A DNA stretch of 63,992 bases, counting the filler, from Octopus bimaculoides (taxonomy: Eukaryota): the NCBI RefSeq assembly GCF_001194135.2. It is 8 parts of 7 records of this genome, joined end to end, with 100 filler letters (N's around TTAATTAATTAA, not from the genome) between each part and the next. Parts side by side here need not be neighbours in the genome. Positions count along the whole stretch, not along the records: positions 61,568 to 63,992 come from NW_026331166.1; 7 more parts are not named here. One strand, 5' to 3'. A program made the translations under genes and the position numbers. Below, piece by piece: positions 63,418 to 63,992 of this stretch. The notes under the pieces are model-generated. The model worked only from the letters and a program-made list of their open reading frames with translations, made no database searches and was not told the DNA's origin. Numbering within the stretch: the stretch's first letter is position 1; each line of letters starts with the position of its first letter.

Positions 63418-63992
63418 CAGGGGTTGGACAAAATAATGGAAACACGTAGCATCACAGCATCATAATTTTGAAATATCTATAAAACCGTCACACGATTGTT
63501 TATTTTCATGTTTCTTTATTATTATTAGTGTTGCTTAATATGTTTTGCTAATATTGCTGTTTCTTTTCAGATATCATCAGAAAAAGGAAATTAAAATTCA
63601 TTAAAATGACAGATCTATCAGACTTTCAAAGAGGTCAAATTCTTGGTGCTCGTGTGGCAAGTGCTAGCATAACGAAAACAGTTGTAATGTTTGGTGTATC
63701 AAGAAGTACTGTCTCGAAAGTAATGACAGCCTTTAAGAAAGAGGGAAAAACCTCCTCATCGAAACAAAACTCCGGGAGAAAACCAGAACTTTCAGATAAG
63801 GACTGTCGGACACTTATGCGAATTGTTAGAAAGGATCACAAAAGTATAGCTCTCAAAATTACTGCAGAGCTTAATGACCTCCTTGAGAACCCAATTTCCA
63901 TAGAAACTGTTCGCCGGGACCGGCACAAAGCCGGATTTCACGGGAGGGCTGCAATCAGAAAACCACTACATTCAAAAACAAACGCTGCAAAG
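63418..63992 (+). mobile_element. Tc1-family transposon 5' half (same family as 1468-2340), running off the window
   Basis: 5' TIR caggggttggacaaaataatggaaacac. Translated LSDFQRGQILGAR...SGRKPELSDKD.R; 63770-63992 aligns with 1468-1690. Confidence 0.92.

Overview
This is an AT-rich, gap-riddled eukaryotic scaffold window. The SINE families, the cephalopod-type 5S sequence and the microsatellite load point to an Octopus-type genome (inference). No complete protein-coding gene is recognisable. About half of the called sequence is mobile-element debris: three tRNA-headed SINE families, two RTE-clade LINE families, CR1/L2 and R4/Dong-like LINE scraps, Penelope-like element (PLE) ends, Tc1, mariner and DD37D (maT) transposons, two hAT transposase remnants, a Merlin-like foldback MITE and a Helentron-type HINE. 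There is also one full-length 5S rRNA copy, a 220-bp satellite joined to a 2.4-kb CpG-rich tetranucleotide array, and many microsatellites. The main unexplained signal is a dense set of type I hammerhead-ribozyme motifs found by eye. There are 7 with recognisable three-helix topology plus 3 degenerate or truncated ones, from several unrelated sequence families. Two of them (14324-14382 and 44769-44828) keep the full catalytic core. A few candidate host-gene exons and promoter-like CpG patches are reported at low confidence. All folding and alignment was done manually; nothing was computed or searched.
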